Shown: positions 23,611 through 34,125 of the stretch, piece by piece | Layout of the letters: every line of letters begins with the position of its first letter | Position numbering within the stretch: position 1 is the first letter of the stretch | Virus record (IMG/VR): IMGVR_UViG_3300036820_000009 | Location: 1-64,000 of that record | Reading direction: 5' to 3' (one strand) | DNA: 64,000 bases | Source: a virus | Program-made: the position numbers and the translations under genes | Notes under the pieces: generated by a model | The model's input: only the letters and a program-made list of their open reading frames with translations | The model's database searches: none | Told to the model about the DNA's origin: nothing

Positions 23611-26212
23611 ATATTTTCTGCACCCGCAATAATTCCTGACGCGACCATCGACCGGTTTCGATATTGAGGCAGGAACCGAGCACATCCTCGGGACTCATTT
23701 TCGACAGCACCGATGCCTGGAGATGCCGCGCGATCTTGCTGTGCCAAGGATCGCCTTGCTGGCGCGCGCTTTGCTCCAGCGTCGCGGTTTCGACGATTTC
23801 GTCATCGGTGAGATACCATTTGGCGCCATGCCGATAGGCCGCCACGGCTTCGGCGAAGAGCTGGTCGCGGTCCTGCGCCAATGAATCGATATCGATCTCG
23901 CCGCACCGTACCGGCCAGAATCGGCGGCCGCCGGTATCGTCGCGGATCCAGGCTTCCTCGTTGGTGGTGCCGAAAAATACGGTTTCGCGATGCCGGTCGA
24001 CGACGAAATGGCCAAACGGCGGCCGGTAGTGATCCAGCTTGCGCGAGATGAACGCCTTGATGATGTCGATTTCAGATTTGCTGATCGATTGCAGCTCGGA
24101 CAGCTCCATCAACCACACGCCCTCAAGCTGCATCGGCGCGTCTTTCGAGCCGAAATTGGCGACGTCGTCGCGGAACCATGGTCGCGCCAGCGTTTCGGCC
24201 ACCATCGATTTCTTTTTGCCCTGCGGGCCTTCCAATGTCAGTACGGTATCGACCTTGCAGCCCGGATTGAGGATCCGCGCCACCATGGAAATCAGGAACG
24301 CGCTGCCGATCGCCGATAGATAGGACGCGAATTTGAGCTGATCCGCCCATGACGGCGCCTCGGCGCCGATGTAATAGGCGAGCCAGCGCTCGATGCGCGG
24401 CTGTTTATCCCATTCCAGATTTTCGAGATATTCGCGGACCGGGTGAAAATGGAATTTGTCGGCGCAGAATTCCATGCCCTGCCGCACGATCGTCGATGGC
24501 GCATGAATCCCGAGATTCTGGATCCAATTAGTGGCCGACAGCGTGTCCGCGTCCTCGATCGACCGTATCTGCCAATTGCCTGGCCAGCTCGCTTCCCATG
24601 GCGGCCGCTTCACCATCACCGGCCGCCGCGCGAAATCGTCGAATCCGAAAATACCGCGGCATGAGGGCTCTTCATCGAACACGACGGCGATGTTCGACAT
24701 GATGTGTTTCGGTTCGCCGTTTTCCCATAGCGCCATTTTGCTCATCCAAGTCGGCAGATTGACCGGCACGCTGGTATGCAGCCGCTTGCGCTGCGCCTTC
24801 AGCTCATCCTCCAGCACCGTCATGCTGACACCGGTGGCGCGCTTCAGCTCGTTGAACAGATTGCGCCGATCGAGCGGCTCGATCTGGTGCGACGCCATGC
24901 CGATGATGATGTCCTTGACGTCGTCGAACGATGATTTCGCCGGCAGCGCGCGCGCGCGGTCCAGCAGCATTTGCGCGATGCCCTGGCCCGGAATCACCAC
25001 GCCGCCCGGCGCGATCGCGGCAACCGGCGCGATCGCCGCAATCGGTTCGCTCGGCACCGCCGGCGCCGTCAAATCGATGATCCCGGTCGGCGCCGGCGCC
25101 GGCGCCGGATCCGGCACGGGCGGCTCGACGATCGGTTCGGCGGCCGTCACTGCCGGCGCCGGCGGCAACAGCACGATGCCGCGCCGCACCATGAGGTCAT
25201 GATTGAAATCGTCGCCATGCTCGGGAAGCATGACTTCGGTCTCGATTTGCAGCGCCATCAGCTTGGTGGCCAGCGCCCTGGCGCACGCTTCGCCATCGCG
25301 GCCGCTATCGGCGAATATGGTGACATGGGAGATGCCCGCCGGCGGCCGGAAATTGATGAAATTGCCGGCCGACACCAGCGACCAGGTCGGAATCCCGAAT
25401 AGGATCCGCGCCGCGATCGCCGTCTCGATGCCCTCGGCGACGCCGAGGCGGCCATTCTCGGGCGCGTAGAGCTGCACGGCGGCGGCATCGGTGGCGAACG
25501 TGCCCAGCGATTTCTTGCGATTGCCGGCCGGCAGCGGCGCCTTGCCCTGGCCATCCTCGGCGAGATAGGTGCGATGGATCGCGCCGAGCAAATCCCTTTC
25601 CGGCGTGCGCAGCCGCGCGACGATGCCAGGCCAGCCGCGTTTGCCCTCCCATTCGGTCAGATCCGGACAGAACAGCAGATCCTCGCACTGCGGATCGGTC
25701 AGGCCGCGCGCCTGAAGATAGGTTTCACCCAACGTGCCGGCGAGCGGCTGGCATTTCGCCAGCGTGAATTCTATTTCCTGCTGCGCCTTCGATTTGCGGT
25801 TGGTGTTCTTTTTGATGTCCGCGGCGCGTGGCGCGCCCGCCGCGCCATTGAGCGAAATGCCGGCGATCTCGGCCGCCCGATCGAGCAGCGCGCGGCCCGT
25901 CAGCGCCGTGGCGTAGGACAGCGCGTCGAGCGGCCCGCCGCCCTGTCGCATCGAAAAATCGTAGATCTCGCCGGCATGCTCGCCCTTCAGCGAGAGAACG
26001 GTCGAGCCTTGCTTCTTGGGCGCGCGGCCGAAAAGATCGGCCATGCGCAAACTGTCGCCTTCGAGCCGGCCGAACGGAAAGAGTTCCGGGCCCCATGTCC
26101 CGGCATGCCGGCGCAATCCATCGACGATGCGGTCAATATCGTGGCGCTGGAAAAGCGACGCGCCCTCGACATCGTTGAGGTCAATGACGAAATCCCCCAC
26201 GCAACTCCCCAC
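23537..26212 (-). CDS. TOPRIM primase fused to VapE/VirE-type helicase
   Basis: IHRTYL, AEGIETA, FADS..DDFN; LEGPQGKKKS, ELSEL, GTTNE..DDTGGRRFWP. Confidence 0.9.
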   Translation of the reverse strand: MGSCVGDFVIDLNDVEGASLFQRHDIDRIVDGLRRHAGTWGPELFPFGRLEGDSLRMADLFGRAPKKQGSTVLSLKGEHAGEIYDFSMRQGGGPLDALSYATALTGRALLDRAAEIAGISLNGAAGAPRAADIKKNTNRKSKAQQEIEFTLAKCQPLAGTLGETYLQARGLTDPQCEDLLFCPDLTEWEGKRGWPGIVARLRTPERDLLGAIHRTYLAEDGQGKAPLPAGNRKKSLGTFATDAAAVQLYAPENGRLGVAEGIETAIAARILFGIPTWSLVSAGNFINFRPPAGISHVTIFADSGRDGEACARALATKLMALQIETEVMLPEHGDDFNHDLMVRRGIVLLPPAPAVTAAEPIVEPPVPDPAPAPAPTGIIDLTAPAVPSEPIAAIAPVAAIAPGGVVIPGQGIAQMLLDRARALPAKSSFDDVKDIIIGMASHQIEPLDRRNLFNELKRATGVSMTVLEDELKAQRKRLHTSVPVNLPTWMSKMALWENGEPKHIMSNIAVVFDEEPSCRGIFGFDDFARRPVMVKRPPWEASWPGNWQIRSIEDADTLSATNWIQNLGIHAPSTIVRQGMEFCADKFHFHPVREYLENLEWDKQPRIERWLAYYIGAEAPSWADQLKFASYLSAIGSAFLISMVARILNPGCKVDTVLTLEGPQGKKKSMVAETLARPWFRDDVANFGSKDAPMQLEGVWLMELSELQSISKSEIDIIKAFISRKLDHYRPPFGHFVVDRHRETVFFGTTNEEAWIRDDTGGRRFWPVRCGEIDIDSLAQDRDQLFAEAVAAYRHGAKWYLTDDEIVETATLEQSARQQGDPWHSKIARHLQASVLSKMSPEDVLGSCLNIETGRWSRQELLRVQKIFTRLGWTREPDPHHAEGWLYSRPG

Positions 26213-26258
26213 ACGACTGCCGCGCGACTCACTTTCGGATGCTGGAAACGGAAAGCAA

Positions 26259-26288
26259 ATCGTAGGGATAAGTCAGTTAACGCGTCAA
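26259..26288 (-). promoter_or_regulatory. sigma70 promoter for the primase-helicase gene
   Basis: TTGACG-18-TACGAT on the minus strand. Confidence 0.6.
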
Positions 26289-26325
26289 ACACATTCGGGC
26301 GATCGTGTCCGCGATCGCCTGCGAA

Positions 26326-27603
26326 TCATCCGATAATCACCAATCCGTTCTCCGCTCGCGTAATTGCAGTATAGACGAGCCGGCGCCGATCTTCGTCGGT
26401 GCGACCCATGCCGTCATCGTAGAAGACAACATTGCGCCATTGCGATCCTTGCGATTTGTGAACGGTCAATGCATAGCCCCACGTGCATTCGACCATTCCT
26501 TTTTTGGTGAACGAATCGCGATAGTTGCGATCCTTGTCGAAATTCAGGTGATCCTGGAAATGGCCAAGATAGACCGTGTGCGTGCCGACGTTTTCATTGT
26601 CCTCCGTGGTAATCGTGGCCGACATCACCAGCACGCCATTGCGGCCTTCGCGGACTTCCGAGACTTTGTCCAGCGTCAGGAATTGACCATTCACCAATCC
26701 GATTTTTTTATTGTTCTTGAGGCACAGGATCTTCTCCCCGCGGCCGGTGGGAAACGGCTCGTCGAATCCCGCCGCGCGCCGCATCACGTTATTGAGATTC
26801 ATACGCGTATTGTTGCGGCCGCAAATCACCTGGTCGGCGTGAACCAATTGCGATTCCGGAATATCGAAGCGATGCACCTTCATCACTTCGTCGCTGAAAC
26901 GGCCATGCGGAATCGGCTTGCCCTCGCGCGCCAGCATCGAAAGCCGGATGATCGGATTGTCGAGCGCCTGCCGATGAATTTCGGTCAGCATCACATCCGG
27001 CTCTTGCTGGGTGAACGCGCCCTCGCCCTTGATCGGCGGGAGCTGGCCGGGATCGCCGAGCACCAGGATTTTCTTTTCGAACGACACCAGGTCGGCCGCC
27101 ATGTCCTGGTCAACCATGGATACTTCATCGAGAATCAGCAGCTTGGCGTCGCACAACGCCGATTCCTCGCTCAATGAAAAATCCGGATCGAACATATTGC
27201 GCAATTTGCGCTCTTCGATCGCCAGCTTTTTGGTTGCCGCTTCGCGCTCGTCGGGCGGCATGGCGAATTCCAATCCCTTTTGCAGCTTATGAACGACCGC
27301 GCGTTGCACGTCGACTTCGGCTTCGGTGATTTCGCGGACCCGATAGATCAAGGAATGGATGGTCGAGCACGGCATGCCGTGACGCGTCAGCACCAATGCG
27401 GCTTTGCCGGTATAGGTGGCGGCCAGCACGCTGGAACCGATATGGAGACCAAGATCCTCGATAAAGTATTTGACCAGCGTCGATTTTCCAGTGCCCGCGA
27501 AACCGAAAAGTCGAAATACCTGTGGCGAATTTTCGTCATTGAACCATTTGACGATTTTTTGCACCGCGCTCTTTTGAGCTTCCGACAGAATGATGTCGCT
27601 CAT
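26326..27603 (-). CDS. RecD/Dda-like SF1B helicase
   Basis: GFAGTGKST, LDEVSMV, GDPGQLPP, TVHKSQGSQW, YTAITRA. Confidence 0.92.
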   Translation of the reverse strand: MSDIILSEAQKSAVQKIVKWFNDENSPQVFRLFGFAGTGKSTLVKYFIEDLGLHIGSSVLAATYTGKAALVLTRHGMPCSTIHSLIYRVREITEAEVDVQRAVVHKLQKGLEFAMPPDEREAATKKLAIEERKLRNMFDPDFSLSEESALCDAKLLILDEVSMVDQDMAADLVSFEKKILVLGDPGQLPPIKGEGAFTQQEPDVMLTEIHRQALDNPIIRLSMLAREGKPIPHGRFSDEVMKVHRFDIPESQLVHADQVICGRNNTRMNLNNVMRRAAGFDEPFPTGRGEKILCLKNNKKIGLVNGQFLTLDKVSEVREGRNGVLVMSATITTEDNENVGTHTVYLGHFQDHLNFDKDRNYRDSFTKKGMVECTWGYALTVHKSQGSQWRNVVFYDDGMGRTDEDRRRLVYTAITRAENGLVIIG

Positions 27604-28358
27604 GCCGGATCGACCTCCCAACAGCGTTTGTTGCGGCTGCACCACCGGCACAAATAATAATCCGGCCGGCTGGCGATGCGCGGCGGCAATGTGCGCGCAT
27701 CGATCGCGCGCAACAAATCAACCGTCTTGTCGCTGACCCGCTGCGCTTCCTGGCGATCGAACGGTACCAGCTCATGCCATAGTTCTTGCGTGTTTTTGTT
27801 GGTGATCGAAAACAGGAAATGTTCCAATTCCAGGTACGCCATGTAGGTCTGCATTTGCGCGTAATAGATCGGCTTCGATGCCTTGACCTTGCGCTTGACG
27901 CAATCGCTCCAAGACTTTTCGTTGAGCGCCTTGTGCTCCCAACCCAACGGATAAGGTAACGCGACCGGCCCGTTCATCAGCACGCCGTCGATATGGCCGC
28001 CGATGCGGCCTTGCGCGGTCATGAACCCGAATTGATTGCCGTCCTGGCCATGCGTTCGCAGTTCGAATGTCGCTTCCCGGAACCATTGAGTCGCCAATGT
28101 CTCGAACAGCGTGCCGGCATCCCAATAGCGGACGGTGCGGCCGGCCAGCGGCACGTCGACCGGCACATCGAACCATTCGTAAAATAGCTTGCGGTTGCAA
28201 GGATCGCCGACAATCGATGCGCCGACATAAGTGCGCCGCGGCTCGGTCGCCTTGCGGCGCAGCGCGCCGAGATCGATCGCGGCATTGATCAATTCGACGA
28301 TCGGCGCTTGCTTGCCGGGCACATAGCCGGAATGATGGTTCAAATCGATCATCACCAA
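27600..28358 (-). CDS. Cas4-like PD-(D/E)xK exonuclease
   Basis: GASIVGDPC, GHIDG, WEHKA, YYAQMQTYM, CRWC...C. Confidence 0.85.
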   Translation of the reverse strand: MVMIDLNHHSGYVPGKQAPIVELINAAIDLGALRRKATEPRRTYVGASIVGDPCNRKLFYEWFDVPVDVPLAGRTVRYWDAGTLFETLATQWFREATFELRTHGQDGNQFGFMTAQGRIGGHIDGVLMNGPVALPYPLGWEHKALNEKSWSDCVKRKVKASKPIYYAQMQTYMAYLELEHFLFSITNKNTQELWHELVPFDRQEAQRVSDKTVDLLRAIDARTLPPRIASRPDYYLCRWCSRNKRCWEVDPA

Positions 28359-28567
28359 TCAATGCCTTTGTCCTTGAGCCACCATTCGATCACCATGATG
28401 GCGTCGTCGCCGACATCGACATCGTCGCCATGGAAGATCTGCGATCGCGGGATCCAGATCGGTTCATCAGCCGCAACATTTTCCAGATCCAACTCGAATA
28501 GCACCGCCTTCTCGGTGGTGCGTTTCACGCGGCCGTGCAGCGTATGATAAGGTTCGGCGCGACTCAT
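28352..28567 (-). CDS. small hypothetical protein
   Basis: TEKAVL..WIPRSQI..EWWL..KG motif. Confidence 0.65.
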   Translation of the reverse strand: MSRAEPYHTLHGRVKRTTEKAVLFELDLENVAADEPIWIPRSQIFHGDDVDVGDDAIMVIEWWLKDKGIDW

Positions 28568-28608
28568 AATATTTCCATTTTCTGCGTTTTTTTATCGTTT
28601 CATAGTAA

Positions 28609-29019
28609 TTAAAATGGAATTTCGTCGTCTAACTTTGACATTTTCTGCATTTCGATCCGGAATCCTTCGACCGCATGCGCGATCAATTGATCGATTTGCG
28701 CGGGCTCCAAATTCATGACGGAAGCGGCTATCCCGGTTTCCTGACATCCGGTCCAGAACATCGGCCGCGCGCGCTCGATCGCCATCCGCTCCATATAGGT
28801 CAATTTGAGCATATTGATCACGCCGGTTTTCTCCGCTAGCTGCATGCCGAGATCGCTGCAAATCTTCGAACAGAAATAATAAACCCGGAATTTCAGTTTG
28901 GAATTTGGGTTTTGCGGTCTTTGATAGGAAATGCCCTGTTCCTGATGGAAGCAAATCACACAGAGATCGCGCTCGGATCCTCTAACCGAAACGGGAGTTC
29001 GCGATTTGCCGCTTTGCAT
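28609..29019 (-). CDS. Zn-finger phage protein
   Basis: CVIC..FCSKIC, C-terminal DDEIPF; start uncertain. Confidence 0.6.
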   Translation of the reverse strand: MQSGKSRTPVSVRGSERDLCVICFHQEQGISYQRPQNPNSKLKFRVYYFCSKICSDLGMQLAEKTGVINMLKLTYMERMAIERARPMFWTGCQETGIAASVMNLEPAQIDQLIAHAVEGFRIEMQKMSKLDDEIPF

Positions 29020-29252
29020 GCCGTGCGCCTCGCCACCATCTGCGCGATGAATTCCGCGATCACCGCGTCCGCGATCGTCTCCAGCTCATCCAGTCTCAGG
29101 TCGCGAATTCGTTTTCCCAAGGCGCGCATGTCGGTAAATGTCACGCCAAGTTGGAGCGCGCAATTGCGCCGCAGCCATTTATCGAATTCGTTATCGCCGA
29201 TCCTATCGAGCTGTGCCGGGAGCGGATTTACGGTTGTTTCGGCTGAAGCCAT
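28956..29252 (-). CDS. hypothetical protein
   Basis: Fills the gap in the operon; start uncertain. Confidence 0.45.
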   Translation of the reverse strand: MASAETTVNPLPAQLDRIGDNEFDKWLRRNCALQLGVTFTDMRALGKRIRDLRLDELETIADAVIAEFIAQMVARRTACKAANRELPFRLEDPSAISV

Positions 29253-30040
29253 ACGGGCACGTTGGCGGCTGGTGGCGGCGCCGGACTAGCCGCGGGCGGT
29301 TGTGCCGGCGGCGGCGCTGCCGCGGCGGCATGCTGCATCGGCTGCTGCGCCGCCGGCGCAGCACCATTGGGTGCTGGCGGGCCCCAAGGCGATCCGGCGG
29401 TCGCAACGCCACTGACTGGCGGCGCACCGGCCCATACCGACGCCGGCGCGGCGCCGGCTACCGGCGTTGCGGTCGCCGCATGCGCGATTTCCTCGCCACG
29501 CATGACCGCGAGATATTGCGGATCCTTCGAAGTCAGCACGTCGCCGATGATGTTCTTGTCGGGATAGACGCCGCTGCCGTCGGCTTTTTTCTCGCCGGGC
29601 CGGATATCGATCCGCGCCGCGAATTCAATGCCGTTGAACGCGCGGAACCCATTGATGCGCCGCATCGCGCGCGCCTGCTCGCTGTTGTCGTCGGGATTGA
29701 GGCCCATCGCCGAATCGATGATCGAGCGAAACATCGATTTGCTGATGTTCCAACCGAGACTTTCGCCTTTGTCGCTGACCTTGCCGCCGCTGACGGTGAA
29801 CGAATGCCACAGTTTTCGCTTGGTATATTTGCCGAGAATCACGGTCAGTTCGGTGTCGAGATAATAGACATCGGATGACGTCGACGCCTTCATGATCATG
29901 CCGTCCGCCGGATCGGGACTGGCGTAGTCGCCCGGCCGGATCGCCATTTTGACCTTGACGAAGGTCTTGTCGGGAATGAGCTCGCCGAAGCCCTCGTAGC
30001 CCGGCGTGTCCGCATAATCGAAGAAGCCGCCGACAGACAT
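29228..30040 (-). CDS. phage single-stranded DNA-binding protein (DUF669-like)
   Basis: ELIPDKT..YLDTELTV..GKY.KRK, Pro/Ala tail ending VPVW; follows Sak4. Confidence 0.75.
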   Translation of the reverse strand: MSVGGFFDYADTPGYEGFGELIPDKTFVKVKMAIRPGDYASPDPADGMIMKASTSSDVYYLDTELTVILGKYTKRKLWHSFTVSGGKVSDKGESLGWNISKSMFRSIIDSAMGLNPDDNSEQARAMRRINGFRAFNGIEFAARIDIRPGEKKADGSGVYPDKNIIGDVLTSKDPQYLAVMRGEEIAHAATATPVAGAAPASVWAGAPPVSGVATAGSPWGPPAPNGAAPAAQQPMQHAAAAAPPPAQPPAASPAPPPAANVPVWLQPKQP

Positions 30041-30049
30041 AGTTCCCTC

Positions 30050-30913
30050 CTATTGTGCCGCGGCCGCGATCGCGGCGGGCGGCGGATTGAGTTTGGCGAT
30101 GATCTTGGTGAGGTTGGGTTCTTCGACCAGGTCGAGCCGGCCGTTGCCGCGATTCTTGCCCGGCAATCCCCATGGATTTTCGCCATAGCAACAGAGCGCG
30201 CGGATCTTGCCGTTGGGGAAACTGTGAACCCAGCCGCCGGTCGGGCCCGACACGTAATCGAAATAGCTCATGGTGAAGATATTATCGACGATGCCGGCGA
30301 GCTCGCGTCCGATCCGCTGGCCCTCCAATTGCATCTGCCATTCCACCTTGCCGAATTCGTCCTTCCATTGTTCCAGGATGCAGGTGAAGAACACGTTCAC
30401 CATGGGCGCGCGCTGCAAATGCTTCAGGAGGTCGAGCGTCTGCCGCGCCAATTCCCCGTAGGCACCGCGCAGATCCTCGCGACCGGTGCGTTCGCTGATG
30501 GCCGCGGGCGTGGTTTTCGCGAATTCCATGCCCATGCGCGTCAGATCGGTCAGCGAATCGACGAACAAATTTCGATAGTTGGGCAGCGATGCGGCGATCT
30601 CCGGATATTGCTGCTTGACGAAGCCGTAATGCGCTTCGCTGAAAAAATCCTGCTGTCGACGGCCGAGCACCGGGCCGCCCAGCAGGCAGGCGATATCGGT
30701 GACTTCGCGAAAATTTTCCGGCTTGATTTCGGCAAACGGCACTTCCTGCACCGCCTTCAATCCCGCTTCGAGATTCACCACCAACGTCGTTTGCGGATCG
30801 AGCGTGCGAATGAGCGACGTCTTGCCGACATTGGTCGGACCGACGATCAGCGCCGTGTTCTTTTGTTGAAGCGTTATCAGCCGCTCTTCGGCGCCGATGA
30901 TTTTGAGCGCCAC
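30050..30913 (-). CDS. Sak4-like AAA ATPase (ssDNA annealing)
   Basis: GPTNVGKTS, FVDSLT, GAYG, LDLVEEPNL; GTG start overlapping the upstream TAG. Confidence 0.85.
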   Translation of the reverse strand: MALKIIGAEERLITLQQKNTALIVGPTNVGKTSLIRTLDPQTTLVVNLEAGLKAVQEVPFAEIKPENFREVTDIACLLGGPVLGRRQQDFFSEAHYGFVKQQYPEIAASLPNYRNLFVDSLTDLTRMGMEFAKTTPAAISERTGREDLRGAYGELARQTLDLLKHLQRAPMVNVFFTCILEQWKDEFGKVEWQMQLEGQRIGRELAGIVDNIFTMSYFDYVSGPTGGWVHSFPNGKIRALCCYGENPWGLPGKNRGNGRLDLVEEPNLTKIIAKLNPPPAAIAAAAQ

Positions 30914-31395
30914 TATTTTTCTCCCGGAAATTCGATGGTGTATTTGGGTTTGCCGGGTTTCACCGTGCGCGCCGGTTCGAAGGTCGCGCGGATATCGGCC
31001 GGCCACGCGGTATAGTTCCGTTCCGGCACGTCATAGGTAATGTTGATGTAGGTCTTGGGATCGCGGCCGGAATTGGCGATCATGCGCGAGATTTCGGCAA
31101 GCTTTTCCTGATCCCATTCCACTTTTTTCGGCAGATCGCAGGAAATCGTCGCGGGTCCATCGAGGATTCGGATCACGCCGAAATCCTTCTGTTCCTCGGT
31201 TCGGCGCAGCGCCGCGCGCGTTTTGAATCGTTCGTCCAGCGCGCCGAACAGACCCTCGCTATAGGTTTTATATTGCAACGCGAGCGCGCCAAGTTCGTCG
31301 CCGAGCGCTTGCAGGCTCTCGATCGACACTTCGCGTTTTTCTTCGGGCATCATGGCGATGAATTGTTCGAGCGTGATCGTATTGCGCATCGCCAT
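30913..31395 (-). CDS. conserved phage protein of the Sak4 module
   Basis: LPKKVEWDQEKL..VPERNYTAWP..FEPARTVKPGKP. Confidence 0.7.
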   Translation of the reverse strand: MAMRNTITLEQFIAMMPEEKREVSIESLQALGDELGALALQYKTYSEGLFGALDERFKTRAALRRTEEQKDFGVIRILDGPATISCDLPKKVEWDQEKLAEISRMIANSGRDPKTYINITYDVPERNYTAWPADIRATFEPARTVKPGKPKYTIEFPGEK

Positions 31396-31582
31396 TCCCC
31401 CCTCTATCCAAGCGACAACCGGAACTTGATCCCAGGAAATTGATTCCGAGTGCCGGCCTTTAGCGCGCACGCCTGGACATAGCCGAGCAGTTCCGGTGTC
31501 TTTGACTGGATAATTCTGGTCTCGCAATCGGCACGGGGATCAATCCGTGTATGGTTAACATTTGCACCGAGCCGGGTTTCGG

Positions 31583-32200
31583 TCAATCGGCTTTTATGAT
31601 TTTTCGATAGATATTCACAGGAAGTTCCTTGTAGCCAGCGCGCCAAACGTACCAAGCGTGATTCTCACGCGGCGACGGTTTCGGCTTGCCGTTTTCGTCG
31701 TGAGTCGGCAGTCCAAGCCAGCGGATGCGAAATCCGATCGGCACCTTGGCGTAGAACGGCGGCGCAAACAAATGGCCGCGGCTCGTCAGCGCAGTATCGA
31801 ATGCGTGCGGCAACAGGAATGCCGCCATGCCACCGGTCTGGCGGATGATCGATAACGCACGTTCGATAAAAGCGTCCGCCAAATTGAACGGCGGATTGGT
31901 GATGACATGCTGCACACGAGGCGGCAGCAACATGGATCTGACGAAATCGAGGCCCTCGCTGTTGTGATCGAGATTCTCGCGAATATCGGATGTATAGCAG
32001 ACATAGCCGTAATCCTTGATCACCTTGGCCATGTCGCCCGAGCCGGCCGCCGGTTCCCAAATATTGCCCGAGGCGGCCGGTGACGGAAAATTGATGTTCT
32101 CGAACAGGATTTTCGTCACCTGCGGCGGCGTGCGGTAATTGTCGAATTCGATGCGCTCATAGCCGCGCTCGCCGATCGCCGGCGAATTTCGCGCTTTCAT
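31583..32200 (-). CDS. DNA N6-adenine methyltransferase
   Basis: DNYRTP, WEPAAGSG, VITNPPF. Confidence 0.85.
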   Translation of the reverse strand: MKARNSPAIGERGYERIEFDNYRTPPQVTKILFENINFPSPAASGNIWEPAAGSGDMAKVIKDYGYVCYTSDIRENLDHNSEGLDFVRSMLLPPRVQHVITNPPFNLADAFIERALSIIRQTGGMAAFLLPHAFDTALTSRGHLFAPPFYAKVPIGFRIRWLGLPTHDENGKPKPSPRENHAWYVWRAGYKELPVNIYRKIIKAD

Positions 32201-33072
32201 CTTGGCCGTCTCCCTTGAAACGCCGCGCCGTGAAGGATAAATCCGATGGTTTTGCGGCGCGCGGCTGGCGCCCAGCACAATCCGCAGGTCGCGCATGCGC
32301 GCGTCTTGCCGGTTTCAACCGGGCACAGAATCACGTTCTTCGATCGCGGCGCCGCCGCATGGTCCAGCACGATAGCGCGTCGCGGGCCCGGCCGATCCGA
32401 GGAAAATCGAATGGCAAACCGTTCGAACCCGATAGTCTCGATCGCATGGCCAATGGTGCTGTCGCGGAAATGCGCCGTGTATCCGAAGACATGGATGTTG
32501 GGATAAAGCTGCAACCATCGTTGCCACCGCCTGACATATTCGACCGAATAAAAATCGCCCAGCGTATGCAACCGGATCAGCGTTTTTCGGCGATTGAGAA
32601 TCCTGAGCTCTTGCCCGATCTTCGCTTCGAGCGCGGGTCCGGCCTTGAACCGGATCGCGAAATTCATCGAATTGCCGTAGCACGTCAGCCATTGGGGACA
32701 GTGCCGCGGGCAAGTCGCGCGTTCTTCCAATGTGAGCGAATAGATCCGCGCGCCGGCGAGCGCACCCTTTTCGACCACATCGCCGAGTTTCCGATTGTCC
32801 TTACCCGGTTTGAAGACATCGAGATCGGCGCGCACATCGCGCACGCGCGACTGATAGACCGCGCGGCCATCGCGCGCGGGGCCGCTTTCGGGACGCAAAC
32901 CGATCACAGCTTCGGATTGCGCCGGATAATGGAGATTGAGCCGCATCGACCGGCCCGCGACCTGGCCGATCCTCAATCCCATTTTTTCGGCGCAGACCGC
33001 GGAATTGGGCGTTACCGTCCAATGCCGCCGCAGTTCGTCGTCGCGGGCCGGCCAAGGACTATTACGACGCAC
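32197..33072 (-). CDS. GP88-like Cys-rich protein with N-terminal GcrA-like HTH
   Basis: NRKLG..SLTLEERATCP..C...CYG, RLHTLGDF, CP...C..C.LCW; N-terminal WPARDDELRRHW..GQVAGRSMRL. Confidence 0.65.
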   Translation of the reverse strand: MRRNSPWPARDDELRRHWTVTPNSAVCAEKMGLRIGQVAGRSMRLNLHYPAQSEAVIGLRPESGPARDGRAVYQSRVRDVRADLDVFKPGKDNRKLGDVVEKGALAGARIYSLTLEERATCPRHCPQWLTCYGNSMNFAIRFKAGPALEAKIGQELRILNRRKTLIRLHTLGDFYSVEYVRRWQRWLQLYPNIHVFGYTAHFRDSTIGHAIETIGFERFAIRFSSDRPGPRRAIVLDHAAAPRSKNVILCPVETGKTRACATCGLCWAPAARRKTIGFILHGAAFQGRRPR

Positions 33073-34096
33073 CTTCCGGCCAGCCAAGCGTGAGCGGGCA
33101 CGTGGTCGCGGTGGCAGCGCGCTGGGCTTCGTTGAGCGTCGCATTGTCCAGCACGCGACGCCATTCGAACAAGGTCAGGTACCATTCGATCGGGCCGCCC
33201 GCCTTGCGCCGATATTGCAGGCGTACCGGCAGAATGATCTCGGACTCGTTTTGGAAAATCGGAATCCGGATCAGGAACATCTCGGGCACTTTGATTTTGC
33301 GGCCCGCCCGATCCTTGGTTTCGTGCTCTTCCTGGAAATTCACCACGCGTTCGCCGGTATTGTCGTCATAGCCTTCGGTCGATTTGGCGTTGACGGAAAT
33401 CTCGATGGTGCGCGACATCTGAAGCAATCGCTGCGCGCTGCCGAACCGGATTTTGCGCAGCTTGTACAGCGCCGATCGCGGAATCAGCCGGTCGGCATCC
33501 TCGCCCTCTTCGGTGTCGTCGTCGATGGTGCCGATATCGTCGGCCAGGTTGAGGATCCACAGCATGCGCGTGAGCGTATCGCCCTGCACCAGCATCCAGT
33601 CGACCGGCGGATTGACCAGGTCGAATCGGCGTTCCTGCATGAAGGCGGCAAAATCCATATTGTTCATGCCGCCTTCGGACGCATCGCTCCAAGCCTTGAG
33701 CCGGTCCGATGGCTGAAACGTGTAGATCGCGCGATGGGCGCCGAACCGCGGCTCGCTGGTGGCTTCGTGGAAATCGAGAACCGTCATCAATCGCGCGTTC
33801 CGCCCATGGTCCGATGGCGTCAAAAACAGCCGCGTGCCGGCCGATTTGAAATTGTTGGTATAATCGATCAGCGAATCGACGGACAGCATGAGCGCCTTGG
33901 TTTCGATGCGGCGCGGCTTGTCGCGCAATTTGTCGAGATAGGGCTTGGCGTCCTCGATCTTCATGCCTTGCGGCATGACCAGCAGCCCAAGATTGTCTTG
34001 GGCAAAATCGGTGCCGGTAACGAGTTTCGGCTGATAGCTCTCTTTGGCGAATTGCAGCGCATCGCCGACATCCGTATTCGACTTGACCGGATCCAT
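33062..34096 (-). CDS. DUF2303 (YfdQ-like) protein
   Basis: VLDFH..FGAHRA.Y, FAAFMQE, VPEMF.IRIPIF. Confidence 0.8.
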   Translation of the reverse strand: MDPVKSNTDVGDALQFAKESYQPKLVTGTDFAQDNLGLLVMPQGMKIEDAKPYLDKLRDKPRRIETKALMLSVDSLIDYTNNFKSAGTRLFLTPSDHGRNARLMTVLDFHEATSEPRFGAHRAIYTFQPSDRLKAWSDASEGGMNNMDFAAFMQERRFDLVNPPVDWMLVQGDTLTRMLWILNLADDIGTIDDDTEEGEDADRLIPRSALYKLRKIRFGSAQRLLQMSRTIEISVNAKSTEGYDDNTGERVVNFQEEHETKDRAGRKIKVPEMFLIRIPIFQNESEIILPVRLQYRRKAGGPIEWYLTLFEWRRVLDNATLNEAQRAATATTCPLTLGWPEGAS

Positions 34097-34125
34097 GGAC
34101 TTCTCCCCGTTTCCTCGAATTGAAA

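Noticed and set aside
27600-28358. CRISPR-Cas system from the Cas4-like gene
   Set aside because: No repeat-spacer array or other cas genes; it sits in a standard Sak4/SSB recombination module
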